Of a DNA stretch of 64,000 nt, positions 1-10,794 are shown piece after piece. A model generated the notes under the pieces. The model saw nothing but the letters and a program-made list of their open reading frames with translations, ran no database searches and was not told where the DNA came from. The position numbers were made by a program, and so were the translations under genes. The DNA comes from Camelus ferus (Eukaryota): NCBI RefSeq assembly GCF_009834535.1, contig NC_045696.1, forward strand, positions 99,326,001 to 99,390,000. Direction: 5' to 3'. Within the stretch, counting starts at the first letter, position 1, and the number at the start of each line of letters is the position of its first letter.

Positions 1-121
1 CTAGGAGGTATATTGTATCTTGTCTTATGTTTAAGTCTTTGATCCATTTTGAGTTTATTTTTGTGTATGGTGTAAGGGAGTGTTCTAGCTTCACTGATTT
101 ACATGCTGCTGTCCAGTTTTC
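1..121 (-). mobile_element. LINE-1 ORF2 fragment (5'-truncated end of an L1 continuing left of the window)
   Basis: Reverse complement translates without stops to [40 protein letters not shown], typical of the L1 ORF2 C-terminal region. Confidence 0.9.
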
Positions 122-134
122 TCTTCTTTTCATA

Positions 135-250
135 AATTAAAATTCTGAGGTTTACAGAAGTTGACAACTTCATGGTGGTGGTGGGAGAGGCACTTGGATT
201 TGAATCCATGTGGTCTAATACCAAAGTCCGTGGCTGTAACCACTAGGCTC
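135..250 (-). mobile_element. MIR SINE relic
   Basis: Antisense MIR-like motifs (ctgaggttt..., ggatttgaatcc, taaccactag). Confidence 0.6.
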
Positions 251-1704
251 ATTGCTTTAATTTAATTTTATTTAAAAGCCTAGGTTTTTCCTACATAATA
301 ACTTAATGGCATCAGGAGAGGTGAAATCTGCAACTTTAGCTTATGAGAAACAGATGTTTGAGGTACATGACCACATGTTGACTGGAAGACTCATTTTCCT
401 CCACATTTTTCTTCAGTGAGATTTCATGTGGGAGAGGGGAGAATTTCTCACTTTCTTTCAGTTGAGAACATTTTTGAGGTTTAAAAGACAGAACGTGTTT
501 GGGACAAAGGATTAACAGTCGAGAAAGCAGTTAATTTTGAGAAAATTTAGGTTACAAATTAATAATAATAATAGTTACCCAGTGCCTTTCCTCTGAGAAG
601 ACCCAGATGATTTATAAAATATGAGGATAACATCATTGCACTCCCACCACAACCAGAGCAAAGAGACAGAGCAACAGTGTGCAGCTTGCTGGAGCTCAGC
701 TCTCCACAAAGCCCCGGAATATTTGAGAGCATCGTGTTGCAGATATCAAAACGGATTTAATAATTCATCATTTAGGGAATAAAAAGCTAGGTTCTTGTTC
801 TGCATTTAGAAAAATGCTAATTGAATAAATAACCATGAAAGGTTTTTTTTTTTCAGCTACCTGGTCTTTACAGAAATTCCAATCTACTGTTCTATTTGTT
901 ACAAAGCTGTAGAAACACATGTATACACCAGCTTCATTTGAATTAATATGGGTGTAATAATATGTGCAGGCACTTAAGGGTAGGAATTTTTTATTCCTGG
1001 AATAAATCTGTTAGTTTTTAGACAAAAAGAGTTTTGTTTCGGGAACTGTTCAAATTTGGTTTCTTCCCCAGCACTTTCTGACGGGTGCTTCCGAATAAAA
1101 ATAATGACTCATTAGTGTGAAATCCTGTTTGAATGACAGGATTTCTGGGAAAAGAATTACCAGATTATTTTACATATCCTAGGCATTTGTAAATTGTTGT
1201 CTATGATTCCCCCAGAGGGATTCATTTACTCACAATTCATTATAAAAATTTGGACAAGGTTTTCTTCTTAATCTTTGAGATGACTTCCAGGCCTACTGTG
1301 GTTTTGCCTTCAGTCAGGATGTGCATTTGAGAACTTCTTAGAGGACCTGGGAAGCCAGGATCCCCCCCAGGGGGGTGGAGGGAGCTTTGAAGCCACATCT
1401 GCATGCAGGTGACTCCAGGCCACACAGGAAATTCCCAGGGAGCTGACAGTGTCACAGAAGTAGCTCAAATACATACAGGCCTTCTCTTCACTACCACCCT
1501 GCGATTATATTCTTTCCTATTTATTCTCAGCTCTTGAAATCTTTTCTGTAAACAGGATTTGTGGAAACACTTGTGTACTATTCAAACCCTAACCCAACAC
1601 GCAGATTTTCCTACCCCTTACAGAGGCTAAATTAGCTTTCCTTGTAGCCACGAGGACAATAGTCCCAGTTTCACTGTACTGCTATCCATCACTTTGTGTG
1701 TAAA

Positions 1705-1865
1705 TAAGAGGCAGCAGGTGAGGTGGAAAAAGCAGAAGTTTGAATTTCAGAAGAGTTACATTCTAGTGCTGGCTATGCTCTTCGTTAGTTCTAGTCTGGT
1801 GACCCTGAACAAGTCATTGAATCGGTTCAGCGATGCCTAAGTTTTCTCTCTGTTAAATGAAATCT
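1705..1865 (+). mobile_element. MIR SINE relic
   Basis: gtgaccctgaacaagtcattgaa...agttttctctctgttaaatg resembles the MIR core. Confidence 0.6.
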
Positions 1866-1889
1866 CAGAGCTGGAAGAGATCCTGGATT

Positions 1890-2211
1890 AGAGCGAGGAC
1901 CGCCAACTCAGCTGTCTGGACTGAGCGGCCAGAGGTAACATAGGAAGTGGGCGAGATGTAAGATACTAGAAAGGATGCGGGCTGTGATGCCCTAGGGATA
2001 CAGGCCAGTGGAGGGGATGTGGCTGCTCATGGCTGGTTGTTGTCATGGGAGAGTCTGCCCACATTTGACCTTTATATTTTTCAGGAGAAGACAGTAAATC
2101 CAGATTTGCCGTGAAATCCTCTGATTTCTAAGTGTTCTTAAATATTTGGAAAAAAAACCCCACACATATGCCAGGGGAATTTGGTGTGCAGGTGGGCAGT
2201 TAGTGACCTCT
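1890..2211 (+). mobile_element. MER102-like hAT-Charlie non-autonomous DNA transposon
   Basis: Colinear with remembered MER102 consensus: aggtaacata, tgtaagatactag, ggttgttgtcatggga, tttttcaggagaag, aatccagattt..gtgaaatc, terminal cagttagtgacctct. Confidence 0.65.
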
Positions 2212-2650
2212 CGGAAGGGGTCTGGGGGTCCCCACAACCGCCCCCAACTGCAGGATGACTCCCCTCAGGGCCTGAGACAGGCACGGGGTACAGACTGCTC
2301 TGCAGCTGTGGAGAGGACTGCTGAGAACATTTGTTGCTTTTCTTCATCTGGTTGGTGGGCGATTTGAATTTTGACTCATGGTTCATTTCAATGCAGAGTA
2401 GTTGTGGCAGCAGAAAGAATTTCCAGGACCCCACTTTTTCTACTGAAGTTCTGTGCAAACTCTTTCTGGTTTAGTAACATATCCATCAAGTGAACCAAGA
2501 GCAAAGACAGTGTGCCAGGGGACTGGTATTCACATGGTAGCATTGCCCAGGAGGGACTGGCTGTACTGAAAAGAGGACTGTAGCAGGCACCTGGAGAATG
2601 ACACCCCTGCACATTAGCTGGCAAAAACTTCTTTAAAAAATGAGTCTAAA

Positions 2651-2809
2651 ATGAAATGGATAAACAAGGTCCTACTGTATAGCACAGGGAACTATATTCA
2701 ATATCCTATAATGAAAAAGAATATATATCTATGCATAACTGAATCACTATGCTGTATACCAGAAATTAACATACTATAAACCAACTATATTTCAATTTAA
2801 AAAAAAGAA
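2651..2809 (+). mobile_element. Short artiodactyl-type L1 3' end with poly(A) and TSD
   Basis: aacaaggtcctactgtatagcacagggaactatattcaatat...actatatttcaat followed by an A tail. TSD aaaaaatgagtctaaa (2635-2650) / aaaaaatcaatctaaa (2810-2825), 14/16 identical. Confidence 0.85.
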
Positions 2810-2889
2810 AAAAAATCAATCTAAAGACATTTCAGGGTAGGCCTTTAGAAAATAAATGATAGATGGCTGAAAATCTCTGGCTTACAGGC

Positions 2890-3105
2890 AGAGAGGCAGT
2901 ATAGCAGTGTCTTGAAGAGTTCTGCTTTGGGATGTTAAATTCTCTCAGCCTCAGTTTCTTCATCTGTAAAATGGACATTATAACAGCAATGTCAGCACCT
3001 ATGTTACTAGAGTTGTTGTGAGGCTTGATAAATGAGATAGTGCATGAAAAGCATGTAGAAAAGTTCCTGCTGTGTGAGCACTGAGCAAATTATTAGCTAC
3101 TATCT
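2890..3105 (+). mobile_element. MIR SINE
   Basis: cctcagtttcttcatctgtaaaatgg and gttgttgtgaggc..aaatgagata are MIR core motifs. Confidence 0.85.
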
Positions 3106-3161
3106 TAGCTTCTCCCGACCATCTCAGATATCCCAGCCCTACTTGTCCAGCCCGAGCTGGG

Positions 3162-3306
3162 TTTTTTTTTTTTAATTAAAAAAATTTTTTTAAGGGGGAA
3201 GTAATTAAGTTTATGTATTTATTTATGTTTAACAGAGGCACGGGGGATTGAACCCAGGACCTTGTACATCTTATGCACACACTCTACCTCTGAGCTCTGT
3301 CCTCCC
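3162..3306 (-). mobile_element. tRNA-Ala-derived camelid SINE (Vic-1 type)
   Basis: Antisense tRNA-like head (gattgaacccaggacc...ctctacctctgagct), family motif gtaatta.gttt and a poly(T) tail. Confidence 0.85.
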
Positions 3307-4939
3307 AAAAGACAGCTTTTGCTCTGTGTAGATTTTTCAAAAATATATGTTGAAAACATAGACATATGCCATCATGACTAGTATGAACTGATTCATATCT
3401 AGTAAATAATTAGCAAATTAGTAGCTTGTGTTAACATCGGTCTTTCCTACCAGGTGCTTTGTGGGTTTATACTGAGGATTGTGGTCGGTATTGCTGAGTG
3501 TCCGCATCTCAAAACAGTGCTGACTGTATTATATTACTATTTTCCCTCACTAGGCAGTATGCCGCCATTTAAAAAATATTTAAAGTTATTAGTGCCCATA
3601 ATTAGTACAGAAAAGGTCAGTTAAATATTGACACTATTAGGTTCAAAACTTAAATGTCAGCAGAGGCACAATCTCCTCATTTGGGGCAATTATCTGGTTC
3701 ACTGACTTTTGCTCTGATGTGTATGTCATGATATATATACAAGGTAGGACTTAGAGAAGATAATTTAATGACTTTTTTTAACCCTTCAGTACGACTCCCA
3801 GTAGTGAAAAAAAAGGCCAGTGAACCACTTGCTCTGCATCTGAATAACCAAACCATAAAACATGATGAAATGTTTGTACAATACCTGGTATTTGTTTTAG
3901 AAGAGCAGATGAAGACTGTTCTTTTCACAGATGTGCAGACATTGCTAATTTTAACCTTCAGAAATGTAGTAATTACATTGAAGTATTTAACATGGTACAT
4001 TAAAGTCAGATGTTATAAATTCTATTGACTCCAATTTTGAATTTTTGAATAGTCTGAATATCCTTCCATGAATACAAATACTATAAAGTAGTTTGTAAAT
4101 AATTTTAATGGTTTCTGCAAATGTGGATTCAGTTACTTCCAAATTGGTCTTACCTCAGAAATTTAGAATACAGTTCAGTTTGTGATCAACTTTTCAGTTT
4201 TAAAAACTATTTCATTATCCTTTGACAGTACAAAAACTAAACAATAACCCACTTTTTCTCTTAATTTTTTTTGTTTTGAAACAAACAGTTCTTAAACCAA
4301 ATTAGGAACATAACTGAGCACTAAGAAGCAGATATAATTACCTACACATCATTTTAACTCTTCTTGTTTTAGTTTAATACTGACAGGCTTTGCCACAACT
4401 TCTGTTCATGACTATAAATTTCTGTAAATTTGTACTCATTTCACTCAGTTTTCCAAGTGCATATGAATAAATCTATTTTTGAAATAGTATTAAGTATAAG
4501 GCAAGTTATTAGTTGAGCATAATTTCACTTGTATTTCACATTTTGTAATTTTTCCATCAGTGATGTGTTTGCACTCAAATACTATTTAGTTCTGGAGAGC
4601 AGTAAAGCACTGTGTGAACTGTCGATGGGACCACATTTACTTTACAGATAGGGATAAGCATATGTGTATTTGATCAACAAGATTGGCTTGGAAACAGAGT
4701 ACTTTGGAAATATTTGGCAGTGTTACAGATTGCTAATCTATGCCCCAAATGGAATAAGACTATGTTTATAATGGAATATTTTGAGAAATTGATCTCCACT
4801 GTAAACGAATTTATCCAGTGCCACTTACAAAATATGTGGTTGTCAGGAATTCAGTGCCTTTGCTGGACTACAGTCTCCACGAAAGTAGGGATCAGCTGGC
4901 TCCTCACCTCGCCCCACCAAGCCCTGTGTGCCCGGGGAC

Positions 4940-5220
4940 CTTCCCTCCATCACTGGCCCCACCTTCCGCACTCAGGGACCTTCAGCGCCTGGAATTACTC
5001 TGATCCTTTCTGTCTCAGAGTCTTAGCTCCTAATCAGACACCAGCATAAGTTTCCTTTCCCTCGCACATGGCTGTCATCATCATCTACTTCACTTGCAGA
5101 AATGTAAGGCTGGTGAAGACAGGGTGCAAATTTTTTTTCTTCCTGGCTAGTTCCCACTGCTGGGCATAGCATCCTGCATGGAGCAGGAGAAGAGTGTATA
5201 CTCGTTGAATGAATGAATCC
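4940..5220 (+). mobile_element. L2 LINE 3' end
   Basis: aatgtaag...gaagacaggg segment and terminal gttgaatgaatgaat repeat typical of L2. Confidence 0.7.
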
Positions 5221-5384
5221 CTGGCATGTAACACAAGGAATGCTTGGAAAATCATATGCTAAAGTTATCAATAAGCAAATATATTATTTCCAATAATTTT
5301 TTCAGCTCTAAAATTCAAACTTTTATATAATGGGTACTCAGGTACAAATGCAATTATATTTTTTACATGCTTGTTCTGAGCTCT

Positions 5385-5590
5385 TGGAGGGCACAGTTAA
5401 ATGCTCAGGTGCAAATGCCAGCTTTGTTCTATTTGTTAGCTTCATGGATTTGAGCAAACTTCTCCAGCTTTTAAAGTTCTTCTGTAAAATGGGTATAATA
5501 ATGCTCTCCTTCTAAGGTTGTGAGGCCTGAATGGGACAGTGTATACAAGGTAGTGCTGGCATGTGATAAATACTAAATATATATTAGTTT
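5385..5590 (+). mobile_element. MIR SINE
   Basis: tttgagcaa...ttcttctgtaaaatgggtataataat...aaggttgtgagg. Confidence 0.75.
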
Positions 5591-6499
5591 TTTTTTTTTT
5601 TTTACAATGACTATGACCAGTAGCAGAATCTCTAGCACTTGTGTAAGCTGCAGTATTAGGTAGTCCTCGTAGCCAGATTTGCTTCTTCTGTAGCATTAGA
5701 CTTTCTTCAGAAATGGTATTCATGCTTCACTGTAAATCAAAAGAAGGAAGATTTCATGATGCTGTTGAAAGTGCAGCACAAGACTGTGCTTGCATGACCT
5801 GAATTACTAGGCAGTCGTGTGACGTTAGCAAAGTCATATAACACTTTGTGGTTTCTAGTTGGCTTAAAAAACTGCTCGGACAAAATAATCTCTGAATGAA
5901 AATTCTTTGATTGGAACTAGAGGCTCTTTGAGACTTCAAGACTTGCAGGTGTGATGACTGGCTTGCTTTGGTCAGTTGGAGCCGGGGAGGAGATGCAGAG
6001 GGGTTGGTTATCACACTGCCAGTATTTTCCCCAGCGAAATGTGGGATAAATAAAGCTTGTGGCAACCTGAAATCTAAAACACCTCATTTGATGTATATAT
6101 TTTTATATCTCCAGAGCTCCCTGTGATGGGTAGACATTTGGAATACAACCCAATAGTGACGGTCACACCACCTATACCTTTCTCTCTCCTCACCTATTAA
6201 TAGTCTGAATTTTAGAAAACACTTTTAAATGCTAAGAACATTTTTGATATAATGTAACATAGTTTCCAATGATGGCTGCCTGTTCCCCACATAACAGAAA
6301 ACAGCCTCCTCAGCCACTGCGTTTCCTATTCTTTGTATGAATGTGTATACATAGAAGTCGTGAACAATGGCACATTTAGCCTAGAAGCAAAAGGAGATGT
6401 TCACAACCAGATGTAGCAATTGATACAGGAAGGGAGGGTATACCCACACAAATAAACCAAGGAAGGCAACTAATGAATAAAACATCTTTTTAGAAGTGC

Positions 6500-6870
6500 A
6501 GAAAAGTCAGTTGCACCATGTAAAAGCTGTTGCCAGGCAACATATCTTTTCACAATAAACACTTGTGAGTCAGATAACTCATGGAGACGTTGAATTGGCG
6601 CATGTAACTGCTCTCAGGCAACTTCTGCAGGGTAGCGAAAGTTCCAATCCTTTGCACAACATCAGGAATGCATCTCTCCTTGTAACAACTTCTCCTTTGA
6701 ACCACATCATTTGTTTTTGTCTCTTCATGGGAATTCCCAGTCTTTATGCCTGAATCCCTCTTTATCTTGCAGGCAGCCGGGATGCACATGCAGATCAGGA
6801 ACACATTCTTCACGGTCTAGGGCTGGGAGAATGCAGGCATCCCACCTCAGGTGTGGAATGTGTAACTTCT
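6500..6870. promoter_or_regulatory. Candidate enhancer with RFX, AP-1, GATA and NF-kB consensus sites
   Basis: GTTGCCAGGCAAC 6529-6541, TGAGTCA 6566-6572, AGATAA 6572-6577, GGGAATTCCC 6729-6738. Motif matches only. Confidence 0.35.
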
Positions 6871-9800
6871 GCCAGGAGTTTATAGATATGAAACGTTAGG
6901 GCTCTGAGAAATCTCTGTTGGTGCCAGAGAAAATTAAAACAAAACAAACACCGCACACGTTTATTGATTAAATCAATTCAGTGATGGAAAGAAAATCCCC
7001 CCAAACTTGGACATCAGGAAAGATGCGGGACACATCAGGAATAGTGATTGTCTTTTAGAGGATGGAATGAGATGACTTCAGGACCACCCACCCTTGTATT
7101 AGCAGAGCAGACGGAGAACGCAGATTTTTGAACAGTAACTTGCTGTCTGATATTCCTGGCAGAAATACAAAAACATACTTCCATCTTAAATTTATGGCAC
7201 CATAATGTATTCCCTCTAAGCTTTCCAGGTCGTTCCCATTGCCAAATGTGACCAAAGCATAATCACAGCGTCTAAACAAATTAAATGTTCGGTTAAAGAC
7301 AAGCCAGAAAAAAAAAATGAGTAAGGGAAAGAAAAGCCCCCAGATTGGTAATAAATTAATGCCATGTCAGGCTTTTTCAGTCAGTGAGCTCAGAGCCTGG
7401 CCTTTCCAATGCTGTTCTGGTGCCATGTGATCCACATGGGGAGAGTTCCGCTCCTGCCAGATAGGCTGCCCCAGGCAGACCTGGTCTCTTCAAGTCCTGC
7501 TTTGTTTAGCATCTGTAGCAATGACCATCTTTTAAAAAATATTTTTAGCTTATTCTCACATCATGCTTTAAAGTATGTCTCATTTTATTGTGACAGTAAG
7601 ATAAGTAACATGTATCTTTTGTTACTTTAAGATCAGTAAGATTTCAGTATCTCCCATGTTTATTGGATGAATGAACATTTCTTGCGGAAATTCCCCACTC
7701 CACATGAAGAATGTTAACTTTTGAACACATGCTTCCAAATACTTTACCACCCTCCCATTATCCATTTTTTGGTATGCGCTAATTTCAAAATTTGATAGTG
7801 TTAAAGAATATGACAATTTCCTTTTGGGGGAAGAATGAATTAAACTAACAAAGATCGGAAAGCAGCTATTCTGGAAAAAAGTTAATGCCTTTTTTTTTTA
7901 ATATAGCTGTACAAATTTTGGAACTGTGTATGGTCTTTAGAATTTCTATATTCCAATTATTTGGGGTTATAGCTTTAGAAATCTAGACCCTGGAACAGGA
8001 AATGACTTGCTGAAGTTAGTCTCATTTGTTATCTGACTCTAAAACTCAGAAATTGGGCTCTTAGATTGAGTGATACTTTCTTTTATATTATTTCTGCCTC
8101 TTTTTTGAAATGAAATATGCTAAGACTTCAAAACACAAATGAAAGATTATCTCCAAGATTTAGAAGGGAAAGGAATAAAATTGCAGTGCCAATTTAAAAT
8201 AAATATTTCTGTTTCATGATATTTCTTGTCACTTTTAAGATCAAAAATTTATTTAAAAGAGAACTCTATCTACACATGTGTCTTGAATGTAAAGATACTG
8301 GTCAACAAATGTCAAGGACTTGTATTGTGTACCCATTTGTGTAGCCAGCATTCGCTTTAATAAGAATGGCCATGACTTACTAATTTTTTTCTCTTTTTTA
8401 TTTTAGAAATATAAAAAGAAGCAAGTTATGGGTCATTTAAAAAAGATCTGAAATACTGCTAGTGTATTAAAATTGATTGTCCAGTTTTATAATTGGTATC
8501 AAACTTTATCTTTAATTGATTGTCCAATTCTACAAGTATACGTGTGTTTTTCCCAGAACGAATTATTATCACTTTATTACATTCCTCAAAAATTACACTG
8601 TTTACCTGGCATCTATGCTAGTCTTCTTAATGAGGTAGGGTTGGACGATGTACTAAGCTCATTCACCCATGAGACAGATAATAATACTTGCCATAAGCAT
8701 TCACACAAAGAGGAGCTTACTATCAGTCGTAAAGCACCGTACAAACGTAAGAAAGTTCATAGTTTATTCCTTATATACAAATATCTGGAACCAAAGTACA
8801 ATGCTGCATTTCTTTGTTTTGACTCAAAGGGCAAATAATTAGCAGGAAATTGGTACAGCGAAGAGATATTTTAAGAAGGTTAACATTATCCCTGTGTCTC
8901 TGGCCTTTATGACCACCTGGTCTCTTGAACGTATGGTAAAAACTGGTTTGGCCAATGGTTTCTTCTTACTGTATGTCCAGGAAGGTTTCCCATACATTTG
9001 TTACAGTTTTAAAAAGAATAAGATTTAAAATATTTATTCTAAAGGGACTTAAATTTTCACTTCAAATGATATTACAGTTGAAGTAATAATTAATTTTGTT
9101 ACAGAAATTCATATCAAGTTATAATAATTTCAGCCTATCTTTTGTAACTGCATGTTTCTCCTATTGCTTTAAAGCTAATTTAGGCCACATTATATACAAA
9201 ATTAAATCTTACTTTTATAGCTACACCCTTGGGGTTCAATGGAAAGGCTTTATGAGCTAGAAATTAAAAGTACTGGTTGAAAATACTATTACATTATACC
9301 AGCTATTATTAAGGCAATTTACAAAGTTGGTGCTAAAACTATGCACATTTTTCATTGTTAGCCCTCATATATTCAGTAAGCCCATGGGACTCTTTGGTAT
9401 ATAATTTGGCAAATAAAATCAATTGAAAAGTAAATAGCAAATCAATGGCATTTATCACAAAAGAACATTACACTATACCAACAGCAAAATTTATTTAACC
9501 CAATATTGTTATAAATTAGCACATTTACACTGATTCCAGGAAGACATTCGGGTGCTGTATTCCTCAGCGACGAATGAATAAGGTTTCATCCTGGCAATTT
9601 CCTCTTTGAAAATGGGAAAAATGATGACTTTATGAGAGTACACTTTTAATAAAATACTTCTGACTTTTTAAGACTCTCATATAGTTTGTCTACAAAAGTA
9701 TGCTGTGATGTACATATGTTTATGTTGTCTGAAAGTCCAATGGACCTCAAACAAATTTTAAATATATTTCATCATTAAGAAAGAATTAAATATAGACACA

Positions 9801-10517
9801 AGTTAAAGCTGGAAAATAGATATGAATTATTCCTTTCAAAGACTTGAAAAGATGATTAATATTTACATGACTGCAATATAAGTAAGCACACACAAAGATG
9901 TGATTTTTATCATCTTCAGTCTTATGTGTTAAAAGTGGTTTACAGTTATACCACATGACTGTATAAGTTTTTATGAAAAAAATATTTAAAAAAGACACTT
10001 TGAGACACTCCTGAACTTACTGTTTAGGTACAGAATGAAATTTTTGGTGGTACACAGTGTTAGGAAAATTTCATAAGAATCTTCTCTATCAAGACAACAG
10101 TATTTGACCACTTCCAGCAGAAACACGAAGTGGCTATTAATGTTTTCTGCTGAAGGAAAAACAATTTAATATTCTACTTGATAAACAACAGACATGTAAT
10201 ACCTCTCTCAAAGTTTAGCTTTTGTAATCTTTTACAGCGATAAGTGATATTTCCGCATGGCAGTATTTTTTTGGCTGCTTCTTCTATTCACTATGGCTGA
10301 TACTTTTGACCAGGTTGCGGTGGCTACATTTTAGGTTAATAAAAATAAAGTTGTCTTCATAAGGAGTCAACCATCAGGGTTAGGAAAGAAGCAGGGAATA
10401 ATTTTAGGATCTGAAAAAAGTGACTGGAAAGGATAGATTGAAAACAACAAACCTTTCTCTAAGTCAGGAGGATCCAATCTTTTTTTTGGTGAGAACATGA
10501 TACATGTCAGGCCAAAG

Positions 10518-10735
10518 CAGGGGTAACAAATCCAAATATCTGCATGCACCTGTCACTGTGTAAATTGTGCCAATATACAACCACAGGGGAATGATGCGCT
10601 TGGGATGAACTAACCAGCAAGGGCAGGCCTGCTTAGATGCAAGCAAATTGAGAAATTTAAAAACCACTATGAGGCCAAAGCAAAACCTTCTGATGGCTGG
10701 ATTTACCCAATAGGGTTACCATTTAGCAATCTCTG
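10518..10735 (+). mobile_element. Internally deleted MER102-like hAT MITE
   Basis: Starts caggggtaacaaatccaaat and ends ggccaaagcaaaacc...ggctggattt...gcaatctctg, matching the remembered termini. Confidence 0.55.
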
Positions 10736-10749
10736 AAAATTTAACATTA

Positions 10750-10751
<2 letters not shown>

Positions 10752-10791
<40 letters not shown>
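10752..10791. repeat. (GT)20 microsatellite
   Basis: Read directly from the sequence. Confidence 0.98.

Positions 10792-10794
<3 letters not shown>

Noticed and set aside
1362..1378. CTCF-like C7-A-G6 motif (similar near 18105 and 39100)
   Set aside because: Spacing or key positions deviate from CCASYAGRKGGCRS.
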